A model generated the notes under the pieces. The model did no database searches. It was given only the letters and a program-made list of their open reading frames with translations, and was not told where the DNA came from. The position numbers were made by a program, and so were the translations under genes. A DNA stretch of 64,000 nt. Origin: Bispira polyomma (Eukaryota). Of the stretch, positions 38,001 through 51,600 are shown piece after piece. How positions within the stretch are numbered: position 1 is the first letter of the stretch; each line of letters begins with the position of its first letter. The stretch is from contig OZ287753.1 in assembly GCA_965649765.1 (NCBI GenBank), forward strand, positions 13,888,001 through 13,952,000, in the 5' to 3' direction.

Positions 38001-41000
38001 CCTGGTGTATACTGACTGTTTGTGTTGTACTGCAATTTCAAAATTATCCCTTGCAGTCGCTTCGGCGCAGAATGTAGTGGTTTATTCACTATTGTTTGTG
38101 GTCAGATAATATGGTAGCTTTTCTACCATATGTGTATTGGTGGAACTTTTGTATAGCAAAGATTACAGCCAACATCTCCTTTTCAATCTGGACGTATCTT
38201 CCTTCGGTTGAAGTCAACGCTTGGCTTGCATATGCAATTGGGCAATCATTCTGTAACAATACACATCCAAGTCCTGATTGGCTAGCATCACACTGTATCT
38301 AGAGTTCTTTAGATGGGCCATAGTACATCAGTACTGGACTTTTTGTTAACGGGTGTTTCACCTCAAGGAAAACCTTTTCCTGGTCCGGACTCTAAGTCCA
38401 CTGTGTATTTTTGAGTCAATTGTCTTGAAGGTTTCATCACGAGATAACTTTGGCGGGAATCTTGCCAGATAGTTTATTATCTCACCTAGACTTTGAATAT
38501 CAGCGACACATTTTGGGGTTTCCATTTTTATTATGGATTCAACTTTGTCTGGGTCCGCCGCTATACCTTCTCGACTGATTTTGTGTCCTAAGAACGTTAT
38601 CTCCCTAAACATGGTGCAGAGCCAAAATTCATTTCTCAAGTCAAATTTTGAAAATATGCGAGCACCTGTCATCTCTGAAGGTATGTCATCGATTATTGGC
38701 AATGGATGCATCTCCCTTTATAACACCTGGTTGAGGTATAATGGGTCAATGCATATCCTGATGTCATTATTTTTTTTTATTCCTGCAACTATTCTTGAAA
38801 CCCACTCTGTTAGCTCTTAGACTTTTACTATTATCTTTTCATTTTCCATTTGTTTAAGTTTTTTCTCGACCCGTTTTCTAATGCTGATAGGTATCCTGCA
38901 TGATGCAATAGCTGTTGGTAGTATCGATTTGCCCACTTCATCAGCAAGTATGTCCTTGAACTCTGACAATATACTATCAGTATGACATACTGCCTGAATG
39001 CTGTTATAATTCACTTTGATTAATTCCATCTGTTCACTGGCCTTTTTACACAAGATTGGGGTTATATTTTCTTTCACCACAATGAATTCCACATTGTACT
39101 TCTTTTGTGTTTTCGGGTTTCTAACAGTTATTCTACAGCTGCCTTTAACGTTCATTTTTGTGGAATCCCAAGTTATGTTTTATATCCGTAAGGAGCAGTG
39201 GTACATCCGGTATCGCTGAGCGTGAAAGAGCATTAACAGTTGCTCCAGTGTCTACTTGAAATAGTACTATTTCCTGTTTATCAACTAATTCCATATCAGC
39301 CAGTAATGATTTGTTATTCTTTTTCTCATCATTGACAGTCATAACATATTTCACCTCAGAACTAGATTCTGTTTCATCTCGTATAGCGTGTACCTAATTA
39401 TTCTTGAGTTTTCTTTTTATCACCGGTTTTGCATTTTACTGCATAGTGATTTCTTCCATGACATTTCGTGAAAGTCTTACCATAAACCAAGCAGTTGTTT
39501 TTGCCCCAGGCATGCTTTCTGCCACAAAAGTCACATTCCTTGTAGTGTTGTGAGATTCTGTCCCTACCGTGTCCCTACCGCATGCCACGATAGCTGTTAG
39601 GCCTACCTTTCTGTCTTGAATCCTGATGTTGTTGACCAGATACTGCATGTACTGAATCTTTAGTCTCATGAAACGAGGCTAACTGTCTTTTGGCTGACTG
39701 ATGGATCCCACAAATTTTAACAACTTTATCAAATGTAAATCGTTCAGGTTTTCTTTGTAGAACTTTTCACGGAGATTGTCCACTCTACAACCGAACACTA
39801 ATCTTTCTCTCGTTTGTGTCAATGCTTCTTCAACACTAAAATCACAATTTCTCACCATCGTGATAAACTGGTCTATGTTTTCGCCTTTTCTTTGGTTCAG
39901 CCCACTAAACGATTTTCGTGCACTCAGCTGATTATTCTTTGCATTGAAATATGCATCTAGTTTGGTAATAACTCTCATACACTTTTGATTCATCCGGAAC
40001 AGCTTCTGTTGTTGCTGCCTATGTGAGAGAATTATATATTGCTTTCAACTCACCACCGCCTAGATTTATCAGCAAGACTATTTTCTCTTCATCACTCTTG
40101 AATTTGAATCCAGCTGACAGCATAAAGATTGTGAAATCTTCCTTGAAGTTTCTCCACATTGCTTCATTATTTTCATCAATGGCACTTTTTCAGGGAGAAA
40201 GAGTCCTATAAGCTGAGCCATTATTTTGAATGTCAATATAGCATATAGTATTATAAATATATACCGGTACACACATCACACAAAGGTTTCACACAACAAC
40301 AAACCAGTATAATCACCACTACAGTAGGTACTTGTATATAAATAAAGCACCACCACCGCTGCACACCATGTATAAGTATGTCAGTTTGAGGGAAAAGCTA
40401 ATGAAAACACATGTACTTCATACAACTATTCTATTAGAAACAACATCCGGGTTCTACACAAACACATATCCTTGATCAATCTACTATGCGGTATACACGT
40501 CACTGTTAGAGTATTACAATATATTTGATTAAAAGGCATTAGGTAAAATGATAATCAGAATCGAAAATTTAAAAATTGATGAGATTGAAAAAAATTAACA
40601 TCAAAAGATCAACTGTTATCCAGGAGACAACGATGGAGCAAATACACAATTTCGCAAGTATGTTTTATTTAACAATGGAAAGAATGTAAGGTAGGAGCTA
40701 TCCTGGTGCAATGAGGTAAACTTCATTTTGTGGCTTTTCTCTCCTGGTATTATCACTGCATAGGGCAAAGTAAATAAAAAACTTGTAGCATTCAAAAATG
40801 TCACACCTGTGTCTAACAGAGGGCCAATTGAAATACTTTAGCAAGCATGTAAAAGCCTAGACAAACAACCAATTTTATTTGTGAAACTGCGAAACAGTGA
40901 ATTGCAATTATCAAGTTGGTACCAACAAGAGCATTGGCGGCTGTGATTGCAACATATTTTTTCTCTTCTGACTGCAAGACCTGCATATTGATCCCACGTG

Positions 41001-42602
41001 ACTAGAGTAGTCAATCAATTTATTTCCAGCAGGTGATAGTGATGTTCCAAGAGTATTGACTGGACTCCATAGCTGTCCCCTGGATATTAGTTGATCTTTC
41101 AATTAATTTGATAGATAATGATATCAATAATAGCCTGCTTCCCGGGGTACTTCAAGGTAATACATTTCGAATTTGATGTGGCAGTAGGCCCAGTCAAATA
41201 TTAATGCTACATTGCAAAACATACAATATATATTGTTTTATAGCATCAACATTTTTTTCCTATTTTTGTTTCTTTATTTAGAATACAACATTCAAAGAAA
41301 GAGATTAGAGAGAATATATTCATCATGTAGAAGATTGGGTAAATTATCAAATATAACAGAACAATATGAACATAAAATTTACAAAAGTCAAAAGAATATG
41401 ATCTTAGTGGATCAGAAGCACCACGTTACATTGCTTGGTTTACAAAAAGCTGGCTCTTCAACATGGAAATTGGCTTTGCTTAACAGCAGTGGAACACTTA
41501 AATCAGGCGATGTGAAAGGTATTCATACAACAGGCACCTTTAAGCGTGCCAAAGGAGTATACACAAATATGGCCTGCCTTATGGATCCTCAACTTGTTTT
41601 TACAGCACTGAGGAACGATTGTGTTATCTTAAATGTTCGGCATCCCTTTGACCGATTAGAGTCGGCATATGCAGATAAGGTTGTCGCAGAAAGACATGGT
41701 AGCGTTAGAACCACTATTCTAAAGAACAGAGGGCTGTCAGCCGAAGAAGTGGATAGGCTTAAAAACAATGGATCCAACATACAGTTCCACGAGTTTTTGC
41801 ATCACATCCTCTCTCACAATGACCATCATTGGGAGGCTCAGTTTAAGATCAGCTTTACTTGTGTTATTCCATACGGGTAAGTGTTTGTTTTATTTTACAT
41901 TTTGAACTAAATATGCACAGATTAAAATAATGTCAGAAGAATATAATGATTGGCCACTCTATGTAGCGATGATATGATCTACGCAACGTAAAACCAACAA
42001 AATTTTAAACAAAAGTCAAAGCAAACATGTCTGTAGTCATATTTGCATTTAGAATAGACGTTGATTGAAGAATATTCTACATAATTCATCAGCTGACTAT
42101 GGATGGAAAGATATATTTTAAATGAAGTCTCTCATTTTACTTAGATCACGATGGTAAAAATAAAGTTGCTCCTTATAATTTAATGCTGTCATCTGATGGT
42201 AGATAAAGTATTGTTTGCAATTTTTGTGATCATACTTACATTTTAGTTATCTAATATTTAAATCATTTTTTTCCTTGTTTTGATTACAGATATATTGCCA
42301 AATTAGAAACAATGACAAGGGATCTCAACATTGTTACTAATCAATTACTGTCAGGGTATGGCACAAACAAGAGATGGAATGTCAGGAGGAAAAACACAAC
42401 ACTCTCTACAACATACACAACAACACTTGGCCGTTATTTGCCTATTTTCTCAAAGTTGGAAAACAAGACGATGTGGGTAGACAAAATGGCAGAATACTAT
42501 AAATATGATCTTGAAGTGTTTGGTTACTCGTATTATTTTGACTCCAATGGAGATCTTTTTGCTACTTGTGTGGAGTATGATTCATTTGGCAACTGCATAT
42601 AG
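22954..42602 (+). CDS. Carbohydrate sulfotransferase (CHST8-14/Sulfotransfer_2 family), ~402 aa; join(22954..23056,25407..25457,35007..35057,35349..35399,36005..36049,41282..41876,42290..42602)
   Basis: All junctions are GT-AG and phase-compatible; 1209 nt open frame. N-terminal signal anchor, 5'-PSB LQKAGSSTWK, 3'-PB VRHPFDRLESAYADK, NDHHW, YIAKLETM, YKYDLEVFGY. Linking the 5' exons to the catalytic exons is inferred. Confidence 0.8.
25407..25457 (+). CDS. 51-nt stem microexon, copy 1
   Basis: TTGTAG|...AAG|GTACAT; (D/G)ISSTAPTLLASLDKNQ; phase 1-1. Confidence 0.7.
29200..30185 (-). pseudogene. Ngaro tyrosine recombinase
   Basis: FSFLRLSNL (~29690), WSKTLQ, CPVRAL, HAFRRS, and HG*TSDCVWRY in a shifted frame. 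Confidence 0.9.
30175..31830 (-). pseudogene. Ngaro RT/RNase H
   Basis: RRVIVDLSWP, KVDISRAFRHVPIDP, LPFG, YIDD (~31070), LDACLTGMGG, HNIAYLEMIN, NKVADLLSR. Confidence 0.92.
32300..33348 (-). pseudogene. Ngaro gag-like ORF1
   Basis: CAKCMGKHARPVGNKC; WPQNHVL..LSYDNLSLSQWVCGF..DFSWEAAKACHAV; frameshifted. Confidence 0.75.
35007..35057 (+). CDS. 51-nt stem microexon, copy 2
   Basis: TTGTAG|...AAG|GTACAT; DISSTAPRFQASLDKNQ. Confidence 0.7.
35349..35399 (+). CDS. 51-nt stem microexon, copy 3
   Basis: TTGTAG|...AAG|GTACAA; DISSTSPKSLASLDMNK. Confidence 0.7.
35471..35718 (+). mobile_element. tRNA-derived SINE, slightly 5'-shortened
   Basis: 14-bp TSD TTGAAAAATGGCCA (35457-35470, 35719-35732). 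Confidence 0.93.
36005..36049 (+). CDS. 45-nt stem exon
   Basis: TTCTTCCAG|...CAG|GTAAAT; DTNSDIVTTCTSRLT; phase 1-1. Confidence 0.6.
36128..40518 (-). mobile_element. Gypsy LTR retrotransposon of the Mag-like group, internally deleted, with short (~150-bp) LTRs
   Basis: LTRs at 36128-~36275 and 40369-40518. PBS TGGTGTGCAGCGGTGG abuts 40368; PPT at ~36289-36300. FQVDTGA, FSKFDL, APKRLQ, HTGVGRC..WPGM. Possible ATATA TSD. Confidence 0.9.
41282..41876 (+). CDS. Sulfotransferase catalytic exon
   Basis: Acceptor TTTCTTTATTTAG, both PAPS-binding motifs, donor GG|GTAAGT. Confidence 0.92.
42290..42602 (+). CDS. Sulfotransferase terminal coding exon
   Basis: Acceptor TTACAG. The phase-2 join gives CVIPYG-YIAKLETM, followed by YKYDLEVFGY and a TAG stop. 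Confidence 0.92.
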
Positions 42603-42856
42603 AACAGTTTTAATTTTTTTTATGTTTTTTTTTTAATATACACCACTTGGATAATTTTACTATTACATCAGCCTGTCATAAATTTAGACCAGTAGACTAT
42701 ACATTGCCAAAAATTTATTTTCTTGTAGGTTACATGTTTTTACATAATAGTGAACTGTTATACCAAGAATTATATTTTATCTGTACATTATAACATATAA
42801 ATTATTATTATATACAAACTTTTTGTGCACTTAATTTTGATGTATATCACATTCTA

Positions 42857-44020
42857 AGGCGAGATAAAACATAACAAGTAGCATAAGTTCGTGGGGAAAA
42901 AACGGGTCGGCATCAGAAAGCATTTGCGCAACCAGAGGAGAATGTGCTAACGGGGATAGGCTTCATGAAACAGGGGAGTCTTAAGCTCACGCCTGAAAGA
43001 TGAACGTGTGGGGGCAGGTCGTACAACAAGCGGGAGGCTGTTCCAATGTTTAGATCCGTCATTTGCAAATGATCTATCAAAGTGAGTTTTAAACTTATGA
43101 ATCCAAGGATTAAAGGTGGGAAGAATTAGGTATTTCTTTGTAGCAACAGTACGTCTGGTATTGACAGGATGTGTAGTAATTTATGTATTTATGGAAGTAC
43201 TGCAGCTGCCCAGAGTCCAAATGTCTGTAAATAAGGGTTGCAGTTTTGAAAGCAATTCTCTCATTAACTGGTAGCCAATGTGGGGACTTGAGCACTGGTG
43301 TAATGTGGGACCACTTGCGGAAACCTGTGACAACTCGTACCAACGCATTTTGCAGACACTGCAATCTTCTCAGGTTACCTTTGGATAAACCACGATATAG
43401 TGAATTGCAGTAGTTGAGTCTGCTACTGACAGGTGTGTTTGCCGCCGAGACGGCCATCGTCCTTGGTAGGTACTGCCTTGTTCTCCATACGTCTCGAAGT
43501 CCAACAAAACATGACCTGCAAACAGCATCCACCTGCTTTTTGAAAGAAAAATTGCAGTCGAATATGACACCCAGGTTCCGCACTGATTCAGCCGCCTCAA
43601 ACCTCTTGCCAAGTATGTGGGTTGGGAGTAGAGGTTCTAACCTCTTTCGCATGGCTACTGCTCCAAAAACCATAAACTCAGTCTTATAAGAATTAAGCTT
43701 GAGCTTGTTTGAATTCATCCGTGATTGGATCTCGCTTAGGCACCTCTCGAGATCTGAGTATCATCTGCATAAAAATGGTATTTCAGTGGTTTAAAGGCAG
43801 AGATGATTTTTTCTAGAGGTGTAGTGTACATAAAAACCAGATGGGGCCCAGAACTGATCCCTGTGGTACCCTGTACTTCAGGATACTTAGAACAGATATA
43901 GCGCTGCAAATCTTTATAGACTGACACCTATTTGACAGACATAAACCATTTGAGGGCAACACCTGATAAGCCATACATGTGTTTGAGGCGGCCCAGGAGA
44001 GTAGCATGGTAAATAGTGTC
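42857..44020 (-). mobile_element. L2/CR1-group LINE 3' fragment (mirror copy ~61814-62977, +)
   Basis: VPQGSVLGP, YADDTQI, KLKLNSYKTEF, SRLNYCNSL, HWLPV. Confidence 0.9.
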
Positions 44021-45275
44021 GACTATTTATTATAAATGGGCACTAAACATCAACAAATTATTTTGATTTTAATTAATATCATCTAATTCTTAATCCTTAA
44101 AATATATGCAATTTCCTTTCAAAAATATTGCAAAGTAAAAGTATAGAAATAAACTTTGTATTGTATGTTTTATCATTCAATGGAACTATAGCGAAAAACT
44201 ATTGTTTTTTCAAGCATTAGAGTTTACATGTTTATTAATTCAAGAACATTCTAGATTCCTACATTTGTTGCATATATCTTTTTGTAACTGTTATATAGCC
44301 TGCCTATATAACCTACATTTTAGTGGACAAAGTATATAATTAGTGTAAATTTTCTTCTGTGTCAAACTTTAAATGCATTTGGAACGCTTGTTTGTATACC
44401 GGAGAAAATTCATGCGGAAGGAACCGCAGGCTCCGCCGGCTCCCGCATTTTCTATTGGCTATAGCTCAGCAACCAATGGGCAGGTTCTTTTCAAATTTAG
44501 CACATGTGTCAGTAGCCCTGGGTAATTTTTGTGAATATGGTATCATTTCAACCAATCAGAGAAGTTACATGACCAAAAACAGGTTTTCTAAAAGGGTTTG
44601 ATTGTCTGGATGAAAACTTAAAAAGCACTTTATCTATTCTTATAAAATTTGGCAAGTAGATTTCATATATAGATATCTGGACAACATAAACTTTTGGATG
44701 TGATCCGATACAAAATGGCCAAATTATAACCTTGAATTAAACATGAACAATTTTTGAAACTATGAAAAAGAAAAATCCCATTGGGACGCTTTGTTTTTGC
44801 AGTGTAAAAACAATTTTTTTTTATTTACAAAGCAGTTCTCTAGTTTTTATTAAAAAAAAAACACGCACAAGGTACTTGCTTCTATTTGGTGTTTATGCCT
44901 TCTTTATTTAATGAATTTTTATATATTTCTAAGGAAAACGATATATCAAAAATCATATCTCAACAACCCACATTTCTGTTTGCAATGGAGCTAGAATTTT
45001 AAGATTCTATGAAGTTGAAGAATATGCAGTAAAATATGTAACATCACTTCACGATTCAGTTATAAAATAACAAAAGGTGAAAACCCCAAATAGAAGCAAG
45101 TACCATTTATTTAGGGAAAAAAAAAGAGAACCGTGAGTGATAATAGAAGTTACATTCTTTCCCCGACAATGCTTTCTGCTAGCAAATCTCCTATTTGGGG
45201 ATTTAGAAACAATGAAAATGAGGCCGAAAATGTAAACAGCATTCTCTGATATTCCTAATATTTTGTATTATCGCC

Positions 45276-45528
45276 GGGGCCGCAGTGGCCTAGTGGTTAG
45301 CAAGCATTGCGCTTCACAATCACTGGTCTCTCACCTCTGGGTGGCGTGAGTTCGAATGCCGCTGATGCCTATGTGGGAAAGGTGGTAGTTCCTTATTGTG
45401 GGCCGCTGGTTTCTCTGCAGAACCTTGACCGACTGTATGCAGTGTTTCCTCCAGCGTTTCCAACTACCCGTCCCAATATAACCTGCTAAAAGGTACTAGA
45501 GTGGACGTTAAAAATATCCAAATTCAAA
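45276..45528 (+). mobile_element. tRNA-derived SINE (mirror copy ~60309-60561, -)
   Basis: Full-length family match. Partly decayed TSD TTGTATTATcgcc / TTGTATTATtacc. Confidence 0.93.
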
Positions 45529-46189
45529 TTGTATTATTACCAATGAAGACTGACCCTGTAGTGACTGTGTCCTTTTCAATTTGGACAGCTATATAGTTAC
45601 TGGTTCACTATTTTCAGACTTGTCAGTAACTTGTTTTGTAGTAGCATTATTATGAAATGGCCGCCAAGCCATTCTTCTGTTCAGAATATTTTTAATCAAA
45701 AGGAAATCAAGAAAAGGTAAATTTTGAAAGACGTGATGCTAATAAATTCACTACATATAAAGACTTTTTTCTCCTATTAAAACCTTAATAGTGTTTATCA
45801 ACATCTCATGTTGAGTGACTATTTCGTAAGTGCACTGTGTGGAGTTACTATTTGTGAATAGCCACTAGGTAGGGTTCTTGCTCTTCAAAGGTTAGTACAT
45901 TAAATTAGTTTAAATGTCATTTAGCCTTAACTGTAACATACGTAAATATACTGAATTAAATCAACAAATATGGAAGAATAGAAATACTAGCTTCATAATG
46001 GTGTATGATATAATAGATTTATAACATGCATAATTGATGCCAGGCATGTCCTAAAGTGTTAAGCTTATGAAACCAGTAAGTTTTCTGGGATCTTATATTG
46101 GTTGATAAATTGTTTCATAGCGTGGGTTCTGCAATTAACAAGGCATAGGATCCATTTTACCGGTGCTGGTACTGATATCAGAGACTGAG

Positions 46190-46350
46190 ATTCTGTTTCC
46201 CCTAGTAAGTCTGCTGAAAGACGGCATTGAGGCAAGATATTTGGGCTGACAAATGATGAGAGCTTTGTATGTAGTGACATTGGTCTTGAAGATGATGCGG
46301 TACTTGATAGGTAGCCAATGGAGCCTTTTGAAAAAAGGAGCCATACTGAC
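46190..46350 (-). mobile_element. Short LINE RT fragment (mirror ~59487-59647)
   Basis: KRLHWLPIKYRIIFK..QPKYLAS..LTRGNR. Confidence 0.8.
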
Positions 46351-47173
46351 GTAAGATCCGACATAGCACACAACAAATGATTCTGGCTTGGCTAAAACAT
46401 TTGCAACTGGTAGATACAGAAACCCCACAATCATTAGGTGAATTGAAAACCTGCCTTTTCCTAGCATACACCCCTATGGATATTTGGACTAAATATGTGA
46501 AAACAAAACCCCATATACTGTGGGGTAAAATGTGCAGATTTGGACTTCAAGTCAATCCCTCTTAATAGCACCTGGTCCACAAACAACGGGGATTATAATT
46601 TTTCTTTACTGGAACATTGCCGTTGTTGTCTGTGACTGTTTTGTCCTCACGCATTCTAAAATCTAAACACTATTTAGGGGAACTGGTTTTAGATAAATGA
46701 GGCTCTAGAATGTAAAAAACGTAATAAAATGTGGCATGTGGTTTTGCCGACAACAATTCCTCACACATACCGCTTGGAATTATAATCGATATAGTTGCAA
46801 CTAGTCTGTTATTGCAAGAAACTAAGATAAATATGTTGGAATAGTAAAAGATAAATACTTGATGTATACTAATTAATTTAATAACATGACCCCTCCATTG
46901 TGGTCTCCTAGGTATAATACAAGAAACACATCACAGCAATGCTTTGCGAATAAAAAATTTTTTTTTCACTTGAATGAAAAAAAAAATTGCATGCATCACT
47001 CGAAGTTGTGCTGCATCATTTAGTTAAGCTACATTAAAAAAAATTAAAATAAGATGACATCACATTTTGCAGCACAAATACATTGATTAATTTCATCCAC
47101 ACTTTGCCAATACAAAACAAGTTTTTTAGCCCAAATTATATGCACATATCCCCAGATTATAAGACACTTTATA

Positions 47174-47390
47174 CCTGGGCTTCCTTTCAGCCAATCCCGA
47201 CGTCGGCCGATCTATTCAAATCAGAGTCAAGCCGACATCAACCAATGTAGCGTTTACTTTCATCCGATTTAATCTGATGGTGGTACAGACATCTGCTCAC
47301 AATTGATGAAAATCTGATGAAAGGAAGCACTTCATAACATCAAATAGTGAACGACAAATTTGGCAAAAATAAGTTGAAAGGAAGCCTAGG
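47174..47390. mobile_element. Small MITE-like element with ~18-bp TIRs (mirror ~58447-58663)
   Basis: CCTGGGCTTCCTTTCAGC versus GTTGAAAGGAAGCCTAGG. Confidence 0.5.
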
Positions 47391-47709
47391 CTGAGTGTTC
47401 ATTTCCAGCATTATGCAAACAACTTTATGTTTTCTAGATTGTAGTATATTATTATTGATGCAAGGCTACTCCTAAAGAGTAACACGATAATCTATTAAGT
47501 CTACTAGTTCAGAAACATAACCTGGAAAACTTATGACAGTTACAGATCAACAGCTTGCATATTACATTATAACAGACTTTTTAATCCAATACATGTAAAC
47601 TTCCTTAAATACTGATTTGTCTGTCGACCATTATCTGCTCAAAATAATATTGATAATTTCATAATGTTCATTTACTTATTCAAAAGTTTAGACAATTTAA
47701 TTATTACTG

Positions 47710-48620
47710 GAACAGCTATCTAGCTGCCTGTCTTCGATTGAATCTTGGATGAATAATTCAAAATTGAAATTCAACCCTGACAAAACAGAATTCCTACTCA
47801 TTGGCTCAAAACATCAGAGAGAAAAGGTTCTTGACTTCTTCCCTGCTACTCTCCTTGGTAACGGCACTGTTCCTGCTGACAGTGCGAAGAACCTAGGAGT
47901 TACTTTTGACTCTGACTTCTCCTTCATAAAACATGTCTCGAATATCTGTCATTCCTGCTACGGCAACATCCGTGACTTCCGCAGGATTCGACGATATTTA
48001 ACCCAAGAAAATGCCATTGCAGTGGCAAATGCCCTGGTATCAAGTCGACTAGATTACTGTAACTCACTACTATATGGAATTGGAAAGGGCCAAAACTACA
48101 GAAAATACAAAATAACCTGTGCAGAATACTAAGCCATGCTGGCCCTCGCACTAACACTACTCCCCTGCTGAAACAATTACATTGGTTACCTATTGAGTTT
48201 TGCATTAACTTCAAATTGTCCTCATTTAAGACAGTCCATGTACATCAACCTGCCTACTTATCATCTATGCTGTCTCTCAGCAGTCTCACCAGATTCAATT
48301 GTCTCTCCACCTCTGGTTTCCAACCAAAAAAACAAGCTGGTTCAAAATCATTCGCAGTTGCAGCACCTGCTGAGTGGAATAGCCTCCCTATCAGTCTTCG
48401 GACTGAGACAAGCGTCATGGGTTTCAGAAAAAGGCTCAAAACACATTTGTATCAGCTCGCTTTTCCACCTTAGCATGCCATCTGATGGTCACGACTGAAG
48501 CTCCGATCACAAACCTTTTCTGTCTACCGGACTATGCTCTTGCACACTGACTAGGATATGCGCCACAGAGGATGCCTGGTCATTGATTGTGGCGCTATAG
48601 AAGTAAAACAATTAACATTC
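47710..48620 (+). mobile_element. 5'-truncated L2-group LINE with 3' UTR (mirror ~57217-58127, -)
   Basis: Same family as 4813. Ends RKRLKTHLYQLAFPP* with a GGCGCTATAGAA tail. Confidence 0.92.
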
Positions 48621-51600
48621 ATTTTTTTCTCTTTGCATTTGCTTTGATCTAGTTTAAAATCTATTATTCAATCAAAGTTTAACAAGGCATTCATATTGTT
48701 TCAGTCACCTTGTAATAAAAATTATGTACAGCACATTTAAAGCTGATTTTGTTCTGTCCTGTGTTTGCTACACCGAATGGCTAAATATTATATATATGGT
48801 AAATACTTAATGTAAAAGAAATAATTTACCAACGAAACTTTACATTTTTTATCTAGATGTTTATCATCTAGATTATGTGATTGTTTTTTTTTCAATTTTT
48901 AGGACAGCACTTTTGACTATTTCCTTACATTATTTTTACTTCATTTTTCGTAGTCAATACTGGTTGGTACCAAGGATGAGGAGCATCTTACAATATATTT
49001 ACTATTTCTTTTTTTTTTTGTTTGTTAAAGACATTTATTACTTTGGCCTCGTAATTACCGCATTTTTCCTCATCTTTCCACGCTTGGACAGACAAGTAAA
49101 CAAAGTTAGATATACAAGGAAAAGTATGGGTTTGAAGATATATATATGATATATATACACCTATACCGATGAGATACCTGTAAATTTCATGTAACTTGCT
49201 CCAAGTTGTGAGAACACACGCTTTTTCATTTTGGTTTTGACCACTAGACAGCGCAACACTACAGTGTTTTTTTATTATAGGTATTTCAGTACATAAAGTA
49301 AGTAAGTACATAAATTTCAACTACGTGTGTAGCAAAAACTGAAAAATGCTCCATTATTTGTAGGAAAGCAAGATGGATGGAAATCTCAATAGATGTACCC
49401 TTAAATGTATGTATATATATCTTGCCCCATATGCACATATAGTTGCTTTAATCTATCACAATTTGTTTAGTTTGCGAAAGTTCCTCCACAGCTTTCGAAA
49501 CTGATACATTTGTGGCATTAAATAATATGTAAACAACATTAAAAAATGGCCATCGACCAAGTTCAATCACACGAGTCAAAGGTCAGACCTCTTAGACGGG
49601 TTAATTGAAACGTCAACAAAAGTACCAAGTACCAACTTCCATATAAGGAAATTAAACTGTATATGGACCTACAAATAGGCCGTTGCATCAGTCTGCTGTA
49701 TACGTAAGATATATATAATTTCATATATTCACTATGTTTCTTCTTGTATATATCCTTGACTGGGGAACATATATTAGTATATGATATTTGAAAGAAGCAA
49801 TTAACAGAATCGACATATATACAGAGAAAATTAAAAACGAAGTTTGGATTTAAATATTATATGAGCACATTGTGTGAAGAATAAATGAAGCGTAGAAATG
49901 GTGTACAACGAGGCAGGGTTATTAAGTTAATTATATTAAAAAATAAATTGTTATAAAACGGGCAAAAAATTCTTTCATATATCTGTATCTATAAATGAAG
50001 GGGATATAAAGTATTTACCTGTAGATTAATCCCTTCAATTTTCGTGTAGTACTTAAGTACAGATAAACATGTGTTGATGAATCTTGTAATATACTTCATC
50101 CCTTTGAAGTAAAAATAGGGTCTCAGATGGGGCGAGTTCCTGATTGGCCAATTATAATATAGATATATATAGCATAAAATTGCCTTTGTAAACTGCTCAT
50201 TTGTATGTACTGCTGCTGTATATGGACAGTTTAATATCCTTATATGGAAGTTAGTATTTTAATCTTCTGTACTTTCTGCTCACTTGCTGCCGACTTTCTG
50301 ACATTTCTTGTAAGTCGCTATAACACACCACTTCTAACTTTGGTTTCGACCAATACACAGCGCCACACTACAGTCTTTTATTAGTGTACAAAGTACTTCA
50401 AAGCAATGCAGTGTAATATATAGGAAGTATTGTTACAACACATGATGATGGGATTGGCCGATAGATATATAACTAAAAAGCAAAATTGAAGGGAATCATA
50501 TACAGGTAAATACTTTATATTCCCTTCATTTTATAATACACTGTGTAATATTATTATGCTCCACTGTATATATTTTTAAGCAAGTTTCATCGATTTATAG
50601 ATTAATTAACTGACCTTGTTTTTTAGTACGTCTGTGGTTGATATATACATCGGAAGTGAAGCACATGTATGTGAACCATAATAAAGAGACGTCTTTGCAA
50701 GTTAGGCAATCACCTTAGAAAGCACCCAACCTCCATATAAGGATATTTAACTGTCTGAACTTACATTTAGACATATATACCTTGCCAGGAAGATAGACGT
50801 AGACAACAACTGATTATTGTTTACAAAAAAGACAGATGGACTTTTATATGTAGCAAACGCTTTAACATAAAATAAATACTTGCAAATAGACCCTTAAATG
50901 ATAAAATATAATGTAGTTTAAATATATGACTGAAATATATCCAGGTATATAACCACAATATACTAAAACAGTTTAGCATAACATGAAGCCGTTCTGTTAA
51001 TTGCTTCCTTCAAATATCATACACTAATGTATGTTCTGAATTCAAAGATCAAAGCCTCATTTGGGAAGTTTCGTTAATTGCTTCCTTCTAATATAGACGT
51101 TGGCATAATACACACACCATTTCTACGTATCAAGGTAATTCCTGTGAAGTACACAGATAGATATGCATGCATACTTGGGGTGAAGGTTGTTAGGTGCTTC
51201 ACGTCGTTGACAAATAGCAGCTTAAAATTATGGAATATATACTACAAGGAAGAAAAATGGAAAATTAGGTCCCGTATGAATAATAACGGCAAAATTCTAG
51301 AATATATGCTAGGAAGAAAAAAGCTATTAATAAAAAAAGACATACACAGATAGATATACACGTGTCATTTACTGGACAATGCTGAAGGAGGAGTAGTTCT
51401 GGTGTCCACAAACTATATTTATATACAACTACAAATATAACGAAAATAAAAGGATATATCAAGGGCAATATGCAGACAGCATCGTCATTCAAATATAAGT
51501 TTTCTCGACATATTTCCTGTGAAGTACACAGATGGATAGGGTGAAGGTCGTTGCAGAATAGTAAATAACGTGTCGTTGGATACCATTTCTACGCTTCAAT

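Noticed and set aside
41212-41281. Hydrophobic N-terminus of ORF 41212 as the enzyme's TM anchor
   Set aside because: It is translated polypyrimidine tract with a TTG start. A phase-compatible acceptor at 41281 and a better ATG/TM exon at 22954 explain it.
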